A DNA stretch of 64,000 bases from Paracoccaceae bacterium. GTDB taxonomy: Bacteria > Pseudomonadota > Alphaproteobacteria > Rhodobacterales > Rhodobacteraceae. The position numbers and the translations under genes were made by a program. The notes beneath the pieces were generated by a model. The model made no database searches, was not told the DNA's origin, and worked only from the letters and a program-made list of their open reading frames with translations. The stretch's first letter is position 1; each line of letters starts with the position of its first letter. Of the stretch, positions 60,514 to 64,000 are shown piece by piece. The stretch covers positions 754,061 through 818,060 of the forward strand of contig CP121316.1 in assembly GCA_043561795.1 (NCBI GenBank), read 5' to 3'.

Positions 60514-62210
60514 TCTGCCGGTTCGCGGCGCGTGGCTTCGGCGCCATTTGGCATGCGAAAGGCGCGCGCGGGCGGTGCGTCTTCGTCCATCTGGCCACCG
60601 CCGCCGCAGGCTTTGATCGCGTTGCGCTCCTCTGCGCGGGCCTTGCCCTGGGCGCGCAACGCCTCGCGCCGTTCCTGCGCCTTGCGCTTTTTATCGGCGT
60701 GATCTTCCCAATCCGCCATTTGCGCATCGGCAATGGTGCGGGTCATATCAAACCCGAAATCCAGATCATCGCGCGGTTTCAGGCTGAAATAGCCGTGCTT
60801 GCCCAGATCATAGAACTGCCGCTGCACCCCCGCCTTGAGAAAGGCTTTCAGACAGCCCAACAGATATTTGCGCCGGTATCCCGTGCCGCGCCATGGGTAA
60901 TGGAACAGCGCCTTTTGCATATAGAAACGGCGGTAATTCTTCAGCACCCCTTCCAGCAATGCGCCGCGCGTCATTTCCTTGGGCTTCATGATCGGGGTTA
61001 CGAAATTGTATTTCGAATAGTCGAATACCTCTACCTGATCCCGGATTTCCTGGAAGAGCGGTGTGAAGGGCCAGGGCGTATACATCGCCCAGTTGGCGAG
61101 ATCCGGCTGCCAGTCCCATGCCATTTGGAATGTATCCTCCAGCGTCTCTGCGGTCTCGTTGTCGAGGCCCACGATGAATTGCGCCTCCACAAAGATATCG
61201 GCCTCGCGCAGAAGGCGGATCGCCTCCTTGTTCTCGGCGACGGTGGTTTCCTTGTTGAACTGGTCCAGCTTCATCTGTGCGGCTGCTTCGGTGCCAAGCG
61301 AGACATGCACAAGCCCGGCCTTGCGGTAGAAAGACAGTAATTCCTTGTCGCGCATGATATCGGTTACGCGCGTATTGATGCCCCATTGAATCCGGCGCGG
61401 CAGGTCGCGCGCGATCAATTCCTCGCAGAACTGGATGAATTTCTTGCGATTGATCGTGGGTTCTTCATCGGCAAGGATGAAAAAGCCGACATCGTGGTCG
61501 TTGACGAGTTTCTCGATCTCATCGACAACCTTCTTGGGGTCGCGCACGCGGTAATCGCGCCAGAATTTCCATTGCGAGCAGAACGAACAGGTGAAGGGAC
61601 AGCCCCGCGCCATATTGGGGATGGCGACACGGCGGTTCAGCGGCACATAGATATACTTGTCCCATTCCAGAATCGACCAGTCGGGCGTGATCCCATCAAG
61701 GTTTTTGACGGTAGAGGCCGCTTGCGTGGCGACAATCTCGCCCTCCTCGATAAAGGCAAGGCCATGGATTTTGCGCCGATCGGCAGGCCAGCGCCCATCG
61801 CGGATGGCCTGCATCAGATTGACAACAATCTCTTCACCCTCGCCGCGCACGATGACGTCAATCCAGGGCGCCTCGCTCAGCACCTGGCGGAACATGAATG
61901 TGGCATGAACGCCGCCCAGCACGGTAATGCAGTCCGGCGCAACTTCGCGCGCGATTTTCATCACCTCTTCGGCCACATAGATCGAGGGCGTGATAGAGGT
62001 TGTGCCCACCACATCGGGTTTCAACTCTGCCAGTTTGGCGCGAAGGGCGTCATCATCGATGTGATTTGTCATCGCATCAATGAAATGAATATCGTCAAAT
62101 CCGGCGGCTTTGAGCGAGCCTGTCAGATAAGCCACCCATGCGGGCGGCCAGTTTCCGGCAATTTCCGCGCCGCCAGAGTGATAATTCGGATGGACAAAGA
62201 CGATTCGCAT
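60510..62210 (-). CDS. bchE: Anaerobic Mg-protoporphyrin IX monomethyl ester cyclase (B12-dependent radical SAM)
   Basis: [18 protein letters not shown]; CPFTCSFC radical-SAM motif; WQPDLANW. Confidence 0.97.
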   Translation of the reverse strand: MRIVFVHPNYHSGGAEIAGNWPPAWVAYLTGSLKAAGFDDIHFIDAMTNHIDDDALRAKLAELKPDVVGTTSITPSIYVAEEVMKIAREVAPDCITVLGGVHATFMFRQVLSEAPWIDVIVRGEGEEIVVNLMQAIRDGRWPADRRKIHGLAFIEEGEIVATQAASTVKNLDGITPDWSILEWDKYIYVPLNRRVAIPNMARGCPFTCSFCSQWKFWRDYRVRDPKKVVDEIEKLVNDHDVGFFILADEEPTINRKKFIQFCEELIARDLPRRIQWGINTRVTDIMRDKELLSFYRKAGLVHVSLGTEAAAQMKLDQFNKETTVAENKEAIRLLREADIFVEAQFIVGLDNETAETLEDTFQMAWDWQPDLANWAMYTPWPFTPLFQEIRDQVEVFDYSKYNFVTPIMKPKEMTRGALLEGVLKNYRRFYMQKALFHYPWRGTGYRRKYLLGCLKAFLKAGVQRQFYDLGKHGYFSLKPRDDLDFGFDMTRTIADAQMADWEDHADKKRKAQERREALRAQGKARAEERNAIKACGGGGQMDEDAPPARAFRMPNGAEATRREPAE

Positions 62211-62225
62211 GGGTTCCCTCCAATG

Positions 62226-62276
62226 TGTAAACACAAGTTTACATATATGGTGACAACTTAAATTGACGCAGATCAA
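62226..62276 (-). promoter_or_regulatory. bchE promoter with a PpsR site and an FnrL box
   Basis: TGTAAACACAAGTTTACA (62226-62243); TTGAC-GCAG-ATCAA (62263-62276), one mismatch from TTGAT-N4-ATCAA. Confidence 0.85.
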
Positions 62277-62309
62277 ATTCTGCGCCACGCCATGGCAGAA
62301 AACGCGGCT

Positions 62310-63728
62310 TTACCCTTCTTCTTTGCTTAGCAACCCGTATTTGCGCAGCTTCACATACAAGGATTGCCGCGACAGGCCCAGCATTTCGGCAGCGGCAACG
62401 CGGTTGTTGCGCGTCAGTTCCAGCGCGGTTTCGATACAGATCTTCTCAATCACATCGGTCGTCTCTGACACGATGTCTTTCAGGGTAGATGACCCCACCA
62501 ATTCGATCACGCCCTGCATATTGCTGTCTGGCCCGCCTGCTTCGGGGCGCAAGGCCCCCGCGCTGGAGGCGTTGCGCAAGACCAGCGCCAGAACCGGATC
62601 AAACTGATCATCCAGCCATGTGGCAGATACCTCTACCCCGATCTGTGCGCCGAAATCCGTGTTCAGCTTGGTGGCATACATGCGCAATTGCCCGGCACGG
62701 CGCGCATTTTCCAGCAAGACCCGCAAATCCACCACGCCGCGCGCCAGAAATTCGGACAAAGACCGCCCGCGCACCGCAGCGGCAGAGGGTGAATCCGTCA
62801 GATTCAGGAATGTTTCGCTGGCGGCCAGAATATTGCCATCCCGATCAGCGAAGACAATCGCATCAGACCCGTGATTGAACAATTGCCGCAAATTGGATGC
62901 AAGGCGCTGATCCCCCACCGACCCGCCCTCCGGGTCTGTCAGGCGCAAGATTGCCAGTTGCTCGCCAGAGGCCCGGAACATCTTGCCACTGATCTGCACT
63001 TTGCGTTGCGAGGATTTCACCTCGACTTCCAGAATCGCAGCAGCCCCGGCAGCGCTGGAAACTTCCAGCCCCGCCATCAGCGCTTCGCGGGTTTGGCCTG
63101 CCAGAAACTCTGCCAGCGGTTTGCCAATCAGATCAGCGCGCGCACGGCCCAGCGTGGCGGCGGCATCATGGTTGATATCCACCATCTGCCCCGTTGCCAC
63201 CGAAATAAGCACAATCGCATCTGTCGTGAAATCCATCAGCAAGCGGTAGCGCGTATCTATTTCGCGCTGCGCTTCGTGATCGCGTTCCAGCGCGATCTGG
63301 GCATTCAGCAATAATTGCTGCATCTCTATTGTCGGGCGCTGGTCATGGCCCAGCATCAGCAGATGCTCGCGGCCGGGCAGCATATACAGCGCATAGCGCA
63401 CAGGCAGCATCTCATTGCCCGGCAAGACATGGGTCAATTCCGTCCAGCGCGGCGCGAAGCCCTGGTCTTCCTGGCGCATTTGCTCTGTTCTGCGGCGCAG
63501 CTTCTCGGCAGAGGCCGTATCAAGCAACGTGTCGATCTGCGCACCCTTCCAGCCCGGCACAATCGAAGCTTGCGCAGAACTGGCCTTGCCAGAAGCCGCC
63601 ACTATTTTGCCAGCAAGAGAGACAATCAGACAGATATCCGCAAGCCCGGCGACAACGGACGCGATGAACGGGTCATCTACGAACCTTGCAACCTCTTGCG
63701 ACAGAGATAGGCCCCCATGATCTGACAT
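62310..63728 (-). CDS. ppsR: Photosynthesis repressor PpsR/CrtJ
   Basis: PAS repeats, Q-linker (QQLLLNAQIALERD) and a Fis-type HTH (IEKICIETALELTRNNRVAAAEMLGLSRQSLYVKL); GGAGGG RBS before ATG 63728. Confidence 0.96.
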   Translation of the reverse strand: MSDHGGLSLSQEVARFVDDPFIASVVAGLADICLIVSLAGKIVAASGKASSAQASIVPGWKGAQIDTLLDTASAEKLRRRTEQMRQEDQGFAPRWTELTHVLPGNEMLPVRYALYMLPGREHLLMLGHDQRPTIEMQQLLLNAQIALERDHEAQREIDTRYRLLMDFTTDAIVLISVATGQMVDINHDAAATLGRARADLIGKPLAEFLAGQTREALMAGLEVSSAAGAAAILEVEVKSSQRKVQISGKMFRASGEQLAILRLTDPEGGSVGDQRLASNLRQLFNHGSDAIVFADRDGNILAASETFLNLTDSPSAAAVRGRSLSEFLARGVVDLRVLLENARRAGQLRMYATKLNTDFGAQIGVEVSATWLDDQFDPVLALVLRNASSAGALRPEAGGPDSNMQGVIELVGSSTLKDIVSETTDVIEKICIETALELTRNNRVAAAEMLGLSRQSLYVKLRKYGLLSKEEG

Positions 63729-63794
63729 GGTCACTCGCTTCCCTCCTGCTGCCATGCGGGCAGCGTTTTCCGCGGATATCGAGTGACGCTAACG

Positions 63795-64000
63795 CTACTC
63801 AGCAGCCGCACTGATCTGCTGAACGCCACAAAAATGAAGCGCATAATCAATGTCATTAGTAACAAGGTTAGCGCCCGTCATCTCTGCGATTCGGCCAGGA
63901 TCATTACCGAAAATTTCATTTGAAACCAAGCCCCCACCAATGATGATCGGCATATCAGGCGCAGACAGCGCGCGCAACACCTCCACCATCGCGGCACAGG
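63795..64000 (-). CDS. ppaA: C-terminal fragment of a cobalamin-binding antirepressor (AerR/PpaA), truncated by the window edge
   Basis: PIIIGGGL...GANLVTND B12-binding Rossmann motif; position directly upstream of ppsR. Confidence 0.7.
   Translation of the reverse strand, partial: CAAMVEVLRALSAPDMPIIIGGGLVSNEIFGNDPGRIAEMTGANLVTNDIDYALHFCGVQQISAAAE

Overview
A ~63% GC alphaproteobacterial window, most consistent with Rhodobacteraceae (Rhodobaca/Roseinatronobacter-like; this is an inference from gene content and the pufX-type puf operon). Bases 1-33 kb hold housekeeping genes: cell-wall/division genes, dinB, glnK-amtB, aroQ, a LuxR-FIST-hybrid kinase trio, eno, pheT, carB and a TroABCD-type metal ABC transporter. 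Bases 33-64 kb hold a large part of an anoxygenic photosynthesis gene cluster: dxs, pufQBALMX, bchCXYZ, crtFEDC, bchODI, crtAIB, tspO, idi, bchP, a pucC-like gene, bchG, bchJ, bchE, ppsR and a partial aerR/ppaA, with seven exact PpsR palindromes and an FnrL box. I found no rRNA, tRNA, CRISPR array, integrase or transposase. The most notable observations are: (1) a family of ~170-260 bp structured palindromic repeats, forming a 3-unit tandem array at 3.2-3.9 kb plus inverted and nested copies at 8.35-8.82 kb that bracket pbp1A-glnK-amtB; (2) three lesions in otherwise intact genes: an in-frame deletion in pheT that creates a TAG and removes most of the B3/B4 editing domain, a frameshifting deletion in a DUF1013 gene 1 kb away, and an in-frame TGA at a Cys position in crtE; assembly or sequencing artefacts must be excluded first; (3) a structured pufX-dxs leader with a perfect 10-bp anti-RBS; (4) a probable 379-nt crtD/crtC dual-coding overlap; (5) unexpected PGC-linked genes (PepSY protein; NuoE-like HhH protein plus CIA30).
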